From Phoronis australis (Eukaryota > Animalia > Phoronida), in assembly GCA_002633005.1 (NCBI GenBank), contig NMRA01000853.1:1-64000 (forward strand): 64,000 nt of DNA, given 5' to 3'. How positions within the stretch are numbered: the first letter of the stretch is position 1; every line of letters begins with the position of its first letter. The notes beneath the pieces were generated by a model. That model had not been told where the DNA came from. It did not search any database and saw only the letters and a program-made list of their open reading frames with translations. A program made the translations under genes and the position numbers. Positions 39,616-51,600 of the stretch are shown in pieces.

Positions 39616-42600
39616 GTTTGGGAATTACATTTCAAGTGTTTCATTTTAAGTGTTACGGGAAATTATTTGAAAAGCGATTTTTTTCGATTAGAAAAATATT
39701 TTACTGCTTACTTAAGACTCGAAAAAGTGAACAAATCTAAGGCAAGCCAATGCTAATCCCTTTTTGTTTCAGTTGTTGTAACTTCCATCACGTTTTTATT
39801 TGTTACTTTTTATACTCGTATTCACGTTATGTATTTATAATATGTTCTCTGTTTGCTTTGATTCTTTGGCAGTATGCTGTGTAAATATGTTCTCGGTTCC
39901 GTTTTTGCCCTTAATATTCTTAAAACCGCATTAGCAACGAAATGCCATTTTAGACCTTGATGGAGTTTTCGTTCGTAAATTACTCTTGCAAATTACAGTT
40001 GGTTGACGCTTATGTAAAGTACTGACGTGCTTCGCGTGTCAGGCATTGATGTCAAACCACATACATGTAGTTGGGTGCGCACGTTAATCCTGTGGCCATT
40101 TATCAAAGAGCCGGAAGAGGGAGCAGTTATCCGTTTTATTGTTTTACATGTACATGTCACCGCAATGTGAGTAGTTATTGACAGTAGGATGGCAGCCTAC
40201 TGATTAACTCACTGCCTCTAATTGGTTTACGATTAGACCACCATATAGAGCAGTTATTGAAAACAGCTAACTAGCCCGAAAAACGCGAACCCCGACCTTA
40301 AAAGGAGGATCCCCTGGATCAGACAAGACAACCGGGGACCGAAACACCACTCCTGTCAAACTTTCTGTCAAACATTGTTTGATGAAAAATAAATCGCCCT
40401 AATTTTTATAGTTGTTTTGATATGTTGTTTTACTACACGAGAATGTTAGACAACTCATGCTGGATTGGCGTTCTACGTTACTGGGCTGCTAAGTGTGGCG
40501 CGATCTTTTGTGTCGGCTGCTATGAAATATTGCGTCATCCATTGGCCAGTTTATCCTAATTCTTCAATCAACTGTTGTTCCACGAAGTTGCGTACATGTC
40601 ACAAGAAATGAAAAACGTGGTTGTTCCTTGTAGTACATGTTCATGAAAGGCCAATAGAGTTTCATAAACTTTCTCATTCTCCGTAGAAAACATTCATTGC
40701 GAACATGCTCGAAATGATAATTTTCAGGTACTCAAAATCTTGCTTACAGTTTGCGACCCCCAAATTGCAGTCCTCCTCACGTTAATGACATTTCAACTAA
40801 CTAGCGAAACTTATTACATTTGGAGCTATTTTCAGCTGTAATTAAAAATAAATTTGCTGGCGTAACTGCTAGGAGAATTATTTCTCTTGCGTTTTTTATT
40901 TCTAAGGAAACGTCTGGCGGAAAGTTTGAACAGTTTGCTGCATCAAACTATCTCCTGCTTTCGCCAATAATTACTAGGCAAAAAACAAGACCACCTTGCC
41001 TGGAATCACTCAGGCGACAATTTATAATAGAAGATATTTTTCCAGGTTGTGGTAATCACAAACCTGAGGACTGGGCGAATTATTCAGACTATAGAACTCT
41101 AGGAATGGAATGCCAACTTGAATGTATCTCGCGCGACTGAGGTTGCGCCGCGCATGAGTGGGTAGTTTCCTTCGCATTTTTCCGGTGTTGTTTGTTGCCA
41201 TAGAATATAACGCTTAGAGTGGAATTTTTGTTTAGTACAAACGAACTACGTTTAGAACTGTTAAAACAGAAGAATTTTCCGAACAAATTCCATGTATATT
41301 CTTGGATTGTCTGGGATCTAATGACTCCAAATGTTGTCAAACAAGAGATCATCTGCTTGTGATTCGGCGATTCGGGAAGCTGGCCGTGGTTACTACCGTC
41401 GCGTAGCTGATTAGCGTAACGTAAAGCCTTCTAGAAGTAAAACAACAATTTCGGAAAATATAAGTACCACCTAAACTTTAATACGATACTAAAATTATGT
41501 ACCTGAGACCAGTAATAACAGAAATATGCTTTGACACTAGACCAATGGGAAAATGTCACCTTCATACTCTAAATATACAGTAAAAGTTTTTCGCGTCTCC
41601 GTAGTTTTTTCAACCAAATTGCATAAGAGTCATGTCATAAGAAAGCCCTTCATGAGCTTTAGGGGTTGTACCTTATAAAAAGAAAAATAAATTAATTCAT
41701 AAATAATTATTATTTTTCATGTCTCATAAGTGAAGAATATTGTTTAATTCTAAAAGCTAAGAGTGAAACCAAAGGTTCCGTTTGGTGTAACTACATTCTT
41801 CAGTAAAAATTCAGGTTGCAACGATATTTACAAAAAAACGTGATAGTCACTAATTATTCTTACTGCCTATGCGAAATTTGTAGATAAAGGTTTCCAAGAG
41901 ATAAAAATGGTCAAACAACTGTTGCAATGCTTTGAAGTATACTGCAGATAGCTCATTATATTGGTTGAATCTTTTCATATAAATTTAGTAACGAACTCAT
42001 TTCTTCAAAAATTAAAAATTAGTAATACTAATATTTGTAGTGTGTGTTACCATAAACAAGAGGCATTGGAACACATTTTTACGGTTGTTATGATACTAAA
42101 GTGGAGCATGAACATAACAAAGAGGCAATGTCATTTCTTAACATTCGAGAATGAAAACACGTGACAACTGGCCTTGAAAAGCATGGCACCCTGATAAAAA
42201 GGCGGTATGTCTGGGTCTATGCCAAAAGGCATGGGTAAATTGTTCGCCGCAATACACAAAAACGCCCCGACATCGTGATTTGTCCAAGGGCAGATTACGG
42301 GTGGCGTAACAACCAAATGCACCCAATGGTGCATCATTATTTTTAGTCGAGCGGAAAATTGCGGGTGCCGCAAAAACCCATGAAGCTTTCATTTGTTGTT
42401 TTTAGTCGAACTGTTTATGATAATGTGCCAATTTTGCCGTATATAAAAAGCGGGCCATTGTGATGGTGTAGCGTGATGGTCTGAAATTTTTTAAAAAGCT
42501 GGACAAGCAGCCAAGAGTGGCAAGATGTCGGTAACAAAAATTATTGGATTGAAAACAAGTCTTTAAACTTGTCTTAGACTTGCATTCAATGTGAAAAGAT

Positions 42601-45600
42601 TTTCTTTTGGATGTGCGTAAGGACAACATTTTTCTTTAGCGGCCTAGAGGAAAACTGTGCCTGACACTTTTCCAGACATTGTTCTGCGAAAGAGCAGAAT
42701 GAAACACTCACATGCATATTGTAAGGTCACAAATTGTTGGCGTAAAGTTTTAGTTTCGTATCTATATGCGAAAAGGATTTCCTTAAAAATTTATGTGCGG
42801 TTTCTGTTTAATACTTGCAAGTAAAACACAAGAAGTTAGGCGATTGTATGCGGTTGTTGTTACATAAGCTGTCGGACTCGGCACGTACGACAATTAGGTA
42901 TGCTGAGTGCGGCAATATATGTTACAAAAACCAGTTGTTATTTCTGTTTCAGCTTTCGATCCTGAAAGTCCAAGCCAATCCCACCAATCCACCAGTGGAC
43001 AACACTCCTTCAACGAACACAATTCCTCCAGTCGACACCACGCCACCAACGGACACCAGTTTGCCAGTGGACACCACTCTGCCAGGGGATTCCGCTCCAA
43101 CAGTGGACACCACTCTGCCAGTGGACATCACTCTGCCAGGGGATTCCGCTCCAACAGTGGACACCACTCCGCCAGGGGACACCACTCCACCAGGGGACAC
43201 TACTCCGCCAGGGGACACTTCTCCACCAGGGGACACTTCTCCACCAGGGGACACCACTCCACCAGGGGACACCACTCCTACACGGGACACTACTCAGCCA
43301 GAGGACACTACTCCACCAAGGGACACCACTCATCCCGAGGACACCACTCCACCAGCAGACAACACTCCTTCTGCATACACCCCTCCGCCAGGAGACACCA
43401 CTACGCCAGCAGACACCACGCTGTCAGCGGGCACTACTCCGCCAGTAGACACTCGGCCAACAATGAGCCTGTCAGTCACTACACAATCGCCGCCTTGTAA
43501 TGAAACAAAAAAGATAGCAGGTATGAACAAGAACCAGTCCACAAACGGTCCCTTTTATGGTGCTGACTTTCTTTTTCGGGTCAGAATTTTATCTCGACGA
43601 CGGACTCGATGGGATAACTGTGACTTGGTTTATAGGCAACACCTAGCATTATTATTCTATTCAGTATTGTGGATGTATGTTGTTATGGTGTAGGAGCTAC
43701 TCTATTACAGCAGTGTTACAGCAGTGTTACAGCAGTGTTACTGCTGGTGCCCAGTCTTTGGTTAGTTTGTCCCTTGTACTGGGGCCACAAATTTCTTAAG
43801 TGGGGTGTCGTCACAGGCGACAGTCCAGCTGCAACGCAAAGGAATAATCTGTTTCAATTTTTACGAACATCATATTCCAAGTAGATATTCATGAGATTCT
43901 GTACAATTAGCTTGACTTAAAGTCGAGCAACACTCACAATCGAAATGAACTTACGTGAGGTAATTCCTACGATAAGTGTTGGCCTATGCCGGAAGTACCG
44001 AAAAAGCACGGGTGCGTATAGTTATCTCTGGCAAACGAGGCAGCAATTGCTTTATAGTTAACTCTGAGTCGCAGAGACAAAACACAAGAAGCCAATAACT
44101 CCAACAACGAAGAGACCGGAAAAAACCGGTCGAAACAGCACCGAAATCCACACGCTAATGATTTACCAGATCTGCGCGCGCATCTCATGTAATCTACTAG
44201 TGAAGTTAGCAGTGAGTTAGAATTAATGCGTGTGGCTCAACCGCACAGCTGAAGAAAACCTATTCGCTAATCTCTCTTATAAAGCACCGATTTCAAAAAA
44301 TCGAAGATAAAAACATTTTCTTTCCCATTTTAACAGTAGCCATGTTGGTCGTCTGCCTTACCTATTGTTCGTTTTTTACTTTAATGATCGTAAACTTAAC
44401 AGGCGCCGACAGCAACTATATCATCCAATACGCATTCGACCACGCCTATAAATAGCGACTAGCCCACATACATCTGTGCTGCTGTCATCTCTCTAGACTC
44501 CGATGGGAGAAGGGACTATAGAAGTAAAGGTTTACCTTCAAACTGTACATAACTTTTCGCAGATTTCAAGTTCAAAGTCGACTTGTGGGCCAAGTATCCA
44601 GACCCCAAGACGTTTCCGAAGGCTGATATGTGGAAAAAGGCGGGGTTTGATAAGAATTACGGAGACACATGTGGGATGAGATTTAGCTACACCCTTTACC
44701 AACTGGGTGAGTAGAAACGTAAGATCAAGCGGTGCATTGGGTCATGAATGATTAGGCCATATAATCACGTTGGTCAATAAACCAAGTCAACAATATAGAG
44801 CGGTGGATCGATCCTGAGGATGATATCAGGTACGCTGCCAGCTCTGCTTTCTTACTAGTTCAAGATTATGGCTGGTGCAGCGTGTAATAAGTCAAGGATA
44901 GCGAATTGAGACATCTGACGTCCGAGCGGCTTGAATGAAACGTGATATTCCATGACTAGGTGGACACCATCACCCAATAGCGGTGTCTTCGTGTGTGTTT
45001 CAGTCAATTAAAGGACACCTACCAGGAGTCGTAAAAAATGTCCCTTTGACTATTATTACAACAACATTGAATATTTATATAAGAAGTAGAGCATTCTGTG
45101 GCAAATGTCTGAATACTGATTGTTTGTTTCGTTTTTATAATTTCTAAAATATACATTTGAGCTATTAAAAAATCTTGGTTTGTTATATTAATAGTGGGCG
45201 ACAGCTCGCCGAATGAGTTACACATAAAAAGGCGCCAATTGTCAAGTGACCGAAAAGACTAAGGCCCGCGGAAAATTCTTATTCTCACCTCCACCAGCCC
45301 ATTGAGCGCTCATACTTCGCCGACAGATTTTGCGGTTAGCTCAGTCACCAGGTGTCGAGAACGTCTGGTGCACGAGTTGACTTGTCCAGATCTAGCAAAC
45401 GTCAAGGAAATCGATATTCGTGAATCTGCTAGAATAGTTCGATAAAGGAGAATTTGCTAGAAAGGGAAGCAGAAGATGTTATCAAAAGAAGAACTTGCCC
45501 CTGAGAATGCTTCTGATGTTCATTATTACAAGATAACACCATGCTTTTCGTCTGAAAATGCTGCATCTGGCTACATGTGGAAAAAATCGGACCGGGTCTA

Positions 45601-48600
45601 AGTGGGCATTAGCTTTGCAAAGTGTTCACAAGTGACAAGATGGCCAGACATGGCTAGAAGTTCTCGCTACACTGTTTTCAATCCCAATGTATGAGTTTCT
45701 GACATGCAATCATCGAATACATTAGTTAGCGCTAAAAGTAACGACAGTAAACGTTATTCAAGTTACTTTTAGTACATGTAGCGTGACTTGACGTTTGTTC
45801 TCTTCACTCAAGCCGCTGTTTTGGCGCGCAGTGAAACATCTGAGCAGGGTAGAAGATCCCCCCCGTCTTCTGCCTATCAAATACATTATGATCACTGACA
45901 ATAAGTAGATTTCTACTGTTCTAATTCAAGTGGAAATAGCAACTCGTTTTGTAGACAGACTGCTCCAAGATTATGTCATCCAAAATTTTCTCTTTTAACC
46001 CCCTCTCCGTCTGTCATCACCCGTCATGACGATATAATCCCACCCGTCCAGTCTCTAATTACGTCATCCCAGTCAACCTCCCCCCATTTCGGAAGAGCCG
46101 GCAGTTCTCTGGAGATTCCATCCCGATGAGTCTTATGACTTATTAATGTATCTTTATAATTTTGACTTACGTTTGCCTTAGTTGTATTTTGCAATCAAAT
46201 AAAGTTGGCCGTTTCAACTATATCAAATCGTCATTCTTCATTTTCATTTTAAAAACACAAGCCGCTGTCCAAGATAATCCAGGAGCAAGAGTTGGATGAC
46301 GCAGTTCGTTGTGAATGGTGACGCATCCCTATTAAAGATGTTAATTAGTCATCTTCGTAGCTTTCATCTGACCTTTCTGGACGAAGACTTTAACGAACAT
46401 GATCTGCTCCACTTGCCTGAGTATGACACATTTCGCAACTTCTGTTGAATTTCAACTATTTTTGACACATCGAGTCTTACAATACCAAACGGTCCTTTTT
46501 AAGGGCCACTTGCGGCTAGCCTCGGGGTCCCAACGTGCGGCAGTTGGCATTCCAAGGCTAGAGGTCTGTGATTTCACACAGTGTAACTTTTTGTAAACCG
46601 CTAACGTACTTCAGAAGTCTTTTGAAATATGCTCCCTAAGAAACTTCCAGAAAGGTAGAATATCCGTGTTGTCTTCTCAGTGTTCTCAAGCTTGCTGATT
46701 TTACCAAATCCAATCGACAACTTCTGTAAATTACAAAATAGACAAACTCGCAAAGTATTTTCATTAACACAACAAAAACCCTTTTAACTTCAGTTTTGAG
46801 AACAATTTTTTTCTATTTTATTCAGAAATGTTCTGTTACCCTGTTTGTGTCGACGACGTTTCCTTTCTCCTAACATAGTATGTTTTCTCATCCATAGTTT
46901 TCGCACCGACGATTCCCTGTCTCAATGTTGTCAGGTAGGCTAACATTGTTTTTTCATGCTCAATGTCCCCCTGCCTGTCTTTGTGGTTCTCCCGTCACGA
47001 CGTTTCCCAGGTTCAAGTTTTCTTGACACCGACGATCCATCTTAAGAATGTCTCCCGGCCTGATACTAAGATATCTTTTCTAAGTTCTACGAAGTTTTAC
47101 GTGATTTTTAATGCTTTTTAATAGCAATTAAACATGTCGGTGAGAGTAGCTTCTTAGATGAAAAGATATTTTACAGGCTACAAGATATGCATCACGAATG
47201 CTGATAACTGTAACTGGTCGGGCTTTAAGAACAAACAAGGTCAAAAATACATCATCAGGGCGGACACTTGGCATTGTTATCTGATCAAGATCTTCAAAAA
47301 ACCGTTGTGCGTAAAGAACAAAGCAAAATTAGCGGTAAGTTATAGGATATAAAACGGCTACGGGCAAAGAAGGCTAGATTTTCCGAAGTAGTTTTCTCAG
47401 GGAATAATAATATTTCATGACCTTCTTCGACCATCTCACCTAATTGTCGTAAACAATGTCAGCGTCTACAATATACAACGGTGAAAAACACGGAGCAAAC
47501 CCTTACCACCCTTCAAAAAACACTTGCTACGCACCTAAGTTAGTTGACATGAGTTTTGTACCGCATTGTTGTGCTGCTAGGGTCAGGTAGTATCCAAACG
47601 CCATTATGTCGGCATGCTCTGATTCGCGAATGGCAATGATTGATACAAACTGGCTCGCGCACGTCATTCACTCAAACTGTATGCGCTGAGAGTGTCTCTG
47701 CGGTTGACAAGAGTGTGGTCAGTGGTTGGAGCTCGTTTCTGCCACCTGACAACGACATGAATTAAAGGCGAAGGCAACCTTTTTCCATGTCATTTTGAGC
47801 TAAAATAAGGTTGGTTGGTTATCCTAGACATATTTTCCACTTAATTACAGCTTTTCGTAATTTTATTAATTACTCGTCCTCTACTCCGGAAGTGACGTTT
47901 TAGGAGGCAAGCGTTTCCCGCCACTTGGTTTTGCGTTGACTTTACCGTGCGAATCTGTTCTATTCTACTTTTGTTTTGTGCTGTTTTTCAACAATTGTCG
48001 CCACCACTTTCCATCGGCGAGTATTCTGCNNNNNNNNNNNNNNNNNNNNNNNNNNNNNNNNNNNNNNNNNNNNNNNNNNNNNNNNNNNNNNNNNNNNNNN
48101 NNNNNNNNNNNNNNNNNNNNNNNNNNNNNNNNNNNNNNNNNNNNNNNNNNNNNNNNNNNNNNNNNNNNNNNNNNNNNNNNNNNNNNNNNNNNNNNNNNNN
48201 NNNNNNNNNNNNNNNNNNNNNNNNNNNNNNNNNNNNNNNNNNNNNNNNNNNNNNNNNNNNNNNNNNNNNNNNNNNNNNNNNNNNNNNNNNNNNNNNNNNN
48301 NNNNNNNNNNNNNNNNNNNNNNNNNNNNNNNNNNNNNNNNNNNNNNNNNNNNNNNNNNNNNNNNNNNNNNNNNNNNNNNNNNNNNNNNNNNNNNNNNNNN
48401 NNNNNNNNNNNNNNNNNNNNNNNNNNNNNNNNNNNNNNNNNNNNNNNNNNNNNNNNNNNNNNNNNNNNNNNNNNNNNNNNNNNNNNNNNNNNNNNNNNNN
48501 NNNNNNNNNNNNNNNNNNNNNNNNNNNNNNNNNNNNNNNNNNNNNNNNNNNNNNNNNNNNNNNNNNNNNNNNNNNNNNNNNNNNNNNNNNNNNNNNNNNN

Positions 48601-51600
48601 NNNNNNNNNNNNNNNNNNNNNNNNNNNNNNNNNNNNNNNNNNNNNNNNNNNNNNNNNNNNNNNNNNNNNNNNNNNNNNNNNNNNNNNNNNNNNNNNNNNN
48701 NNNNNNNNNNNNNNNNNNNNNNNNNNNNNNNNNNNNNNNNNNNNNNNNNNNNNNNNNNNNNNNNNNNNNNNNNNNNNNNNNNNNNNNNNNNNNNNNNNNN
48801 NNNNNNNNNNNNNNNNNNNNNNNNNNNNNNNNNNNNNNNNNNNNNNNNNNNNNNNNNNNNNNNNNNNNNNNNNNNNNNNNNNNNNNNNNNNNNNNNNNNN
48901 NNNNNNNNNNNNNNNNNNNNNNNNNACGCAGCAACAGTGTGGCATGTTGACTGACTAGTAAATGAAAGCAAACGACGACGTAACTTAACACAACCGAGGT
49001 AGAACAATGACTGACTTGGCAGCTCTCACAGTCAGACTATATGAAAAGAAATTGGCGCGAAATGCTTGCCTCCTAAAACGTCACTTCCGGAGTAGCGGAC
49101 GAGTAATTAACAAAATTACGAAAAGCTGTAATTAAGTGGAAAATATATCTAGGATAACCAACCAACCTTATTTTAGCTCAAAATGACATGAAAAAAGGTT
49201 GCCTTCGCCTTTAAAAAGTTGGGCTTCTTGTTTGCCGAACGCTTGGTGACTACAAGTAATAACTTTCAAGTTATATGGCTTTAAAAACATATTTTGTCCT
49301 GTTTAGCAGGTCTCATAATATTCCTTACAGCTACGAGTTCTATTTCCATTACCGGCTCAAGTCACTCTGCGCCATTTTCGAATACGCAATTTTAAAGTAC
49401 ATCTAGGACAACCCCAATAAACTTTTGAAGCGTTTTCTTGAGTAGCTGGTGTTTTCGGGTTTCTTGTTGGTAACTGAACTAAAACCATATCACTGTAAGG
49501 AATATTTAGAGACCAATTTCATGACAGCAAAAATCCTAATTCGGTTTTCGTTTTAAACAGCGAAACAGGGCGAAATGCATCTTTAACACTATGATTTTAA
49601 TTATAAATTAAAAAATATTGCTGAAATTATATCTGTTGACTGCCACGATTGTCAATATATTTCAGGGAAAGAAAGGAATCATTACATTCCGCCACTGCAC
49701 CTGGAAGAACAACCCCAAGCATCCCACAGGACATATCGATTTGTGGGACGGCAAGAACTGTAGAAACAAGTGTTACTTCAAAGAGTGTAAAGAGTATTGC
49801 TTATTCGAGATCCCCAAACCAAAAGCCTTCGGTGAGTATCTTAAAAGTCAAGTTAACTGCATAATGGCAGAGTGAATATTTATTAGACTCTCATGAACCT
49901 GAACAATGCCTTGAACGTTTTGGTGTTACTTATTACACTTGTGTGTCTACTGTATTCACAGAACCCAAGTTTAATGACATCTGGAAGAAGTATCCGAATC
50001 CGAAGATTAAGAAACCCGCCATGTGGAAAAAAGCTGGGTTTGATCAGAAGTATCTATCACACTGGGACACCTGTGGACTGAGGTTTAGTTACGCCACCTA
50101 TAGTTTAGGTAAGTGCCCGTATTGCATTGACAACCAGTCAGAGTCTCATCAGGCACTACACACACCCGTTAGATGTTAAATTGGCTGTTAAAGATAGGAC
50201 ATCTGTTGGCTCATTTGTTGACTAACATACTTTACTGCCGAACGTATACAATGCAGTCGTACCGCCGAGGGCTGTCGTTCTGAATAGCAGTTTCCATGTA
50301 AGTGACTGTGTTTACCCTGAACCCGCGTTTGTGTGAATTGCGTTGAGCGTACCACGATCGTTTGAGACATCTACTAGTTTTTACGGTTTTGCTCCGAGTG
50401 AATTTGAATCATGTTATAAACTGTTTCTGATGATACGATTGTCAAGTGCGCATGTCTATACGTGCGTTGTTACGTGCTGCATGGAAGAATTGCAATAAAC
50501 CAGCAAACTTCGATATGTCTGTTTTGAGCGCGAGACGAGCTTTTTGAGAGACGTGGCAACCGTTTCACTGGCTTTGGTGAAGCTTTGATGAGGTGGGAAA
50601 AATTGCCACGCCTTGTTAAAGATGCGCAGGTTAAGGTAATTGTCAACCTTCGTGAAGCCTTTTTTAGATTCTATAAAACAACTTAACTGTATTTTTAAAT
50701 GCTTGTCTTAAAGCGTGACTGCTCTTTTTGCGAAAGTTATCAATTTTAATTTAAACATGTATTTCTAGAAAATCTGACATTTGAAATACAATCGCACTTG
50801 TTCTTATTGCCAAATACACAGGGAGGTGTGTCTCAGTTTTTCATGTATTCAAAAAAAAAACAGTGAAATCTTTGTTGTTGGACGGAAAACGAAATATCGG
50901 GGATTTTTTTCCTCGGTCATCGAATCAACCAAGGCATTCAAGAGAAATCGACGTCCAAACCTTTTAAAGCGGCGAAAATCAAAAGACCTAGAATTGCCTG
51001 ACGAAGGTTTTCCAGGTATTTGGAATTGATTGAAGTCGTTCAAAACAACTTGCATATTCATGTAATGCGTTTAAAGAAATATTATAGAAGAAATGAAAAC
51101 ATTCCACGAAAGTTGGAAATTTCCAAACATATTTTCAAATTTTAAAGAATGTGTCTATGGAAGAGTGTGACAAATAACAATGGCCAATAATAACCATTAG
51201 TGATATTAGTAGTAGTATTAGTAATAGTATTAGTAATAGTATTAGTAATAGTCCTGTTGGGATATACCGATGATTATTGCATTTTAAGTTTATTTCCATG
51301 CAGTTTAGACTGACATGAACTATTTTTAAGAGGTGTAGATAACCCATAGCATTCAGATATAAGCATGCTCAAGAGAGTTCCCTTTTTTAATACATTTCAT
51401 TTCAAGAAAAACAGATAATTTTATTATTGAAATTACATCTTTAGTTCTACTTTAAAATGAAATACAGGCTTTGGTGAACACTCGGCGATGGGTACCACAA
51501 TTTATGCTATGAACAGTTAACAGAGCTGATGTTGACCACTCCGTTCCTAATGACATCATGCCTGTCGTTTCTTGTTTTACTGCAGGCTACACGATTGGCA

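Noticed and set aside
42907-43500. His-rich ORF (GHHSTR repeats) and antisense Gly/Val- or Trp-rich ORFs
   Set aside because: Alternative frames of the 18-bp coding repeat; only the PPGDTT frame is phase-compatible with the signal-peptide exon and the amidase exon.
47936-49007. Six long ORFs of 324-343 aa
   Set aside because: Artefacts of translating the N gap.
51197-51252. Leu/Ile-rich transmembrane-like ORF 51135..51347 (-)
   Set aside because: Produced by an intronic (ATTAGTAATAGT)n microsatellite.
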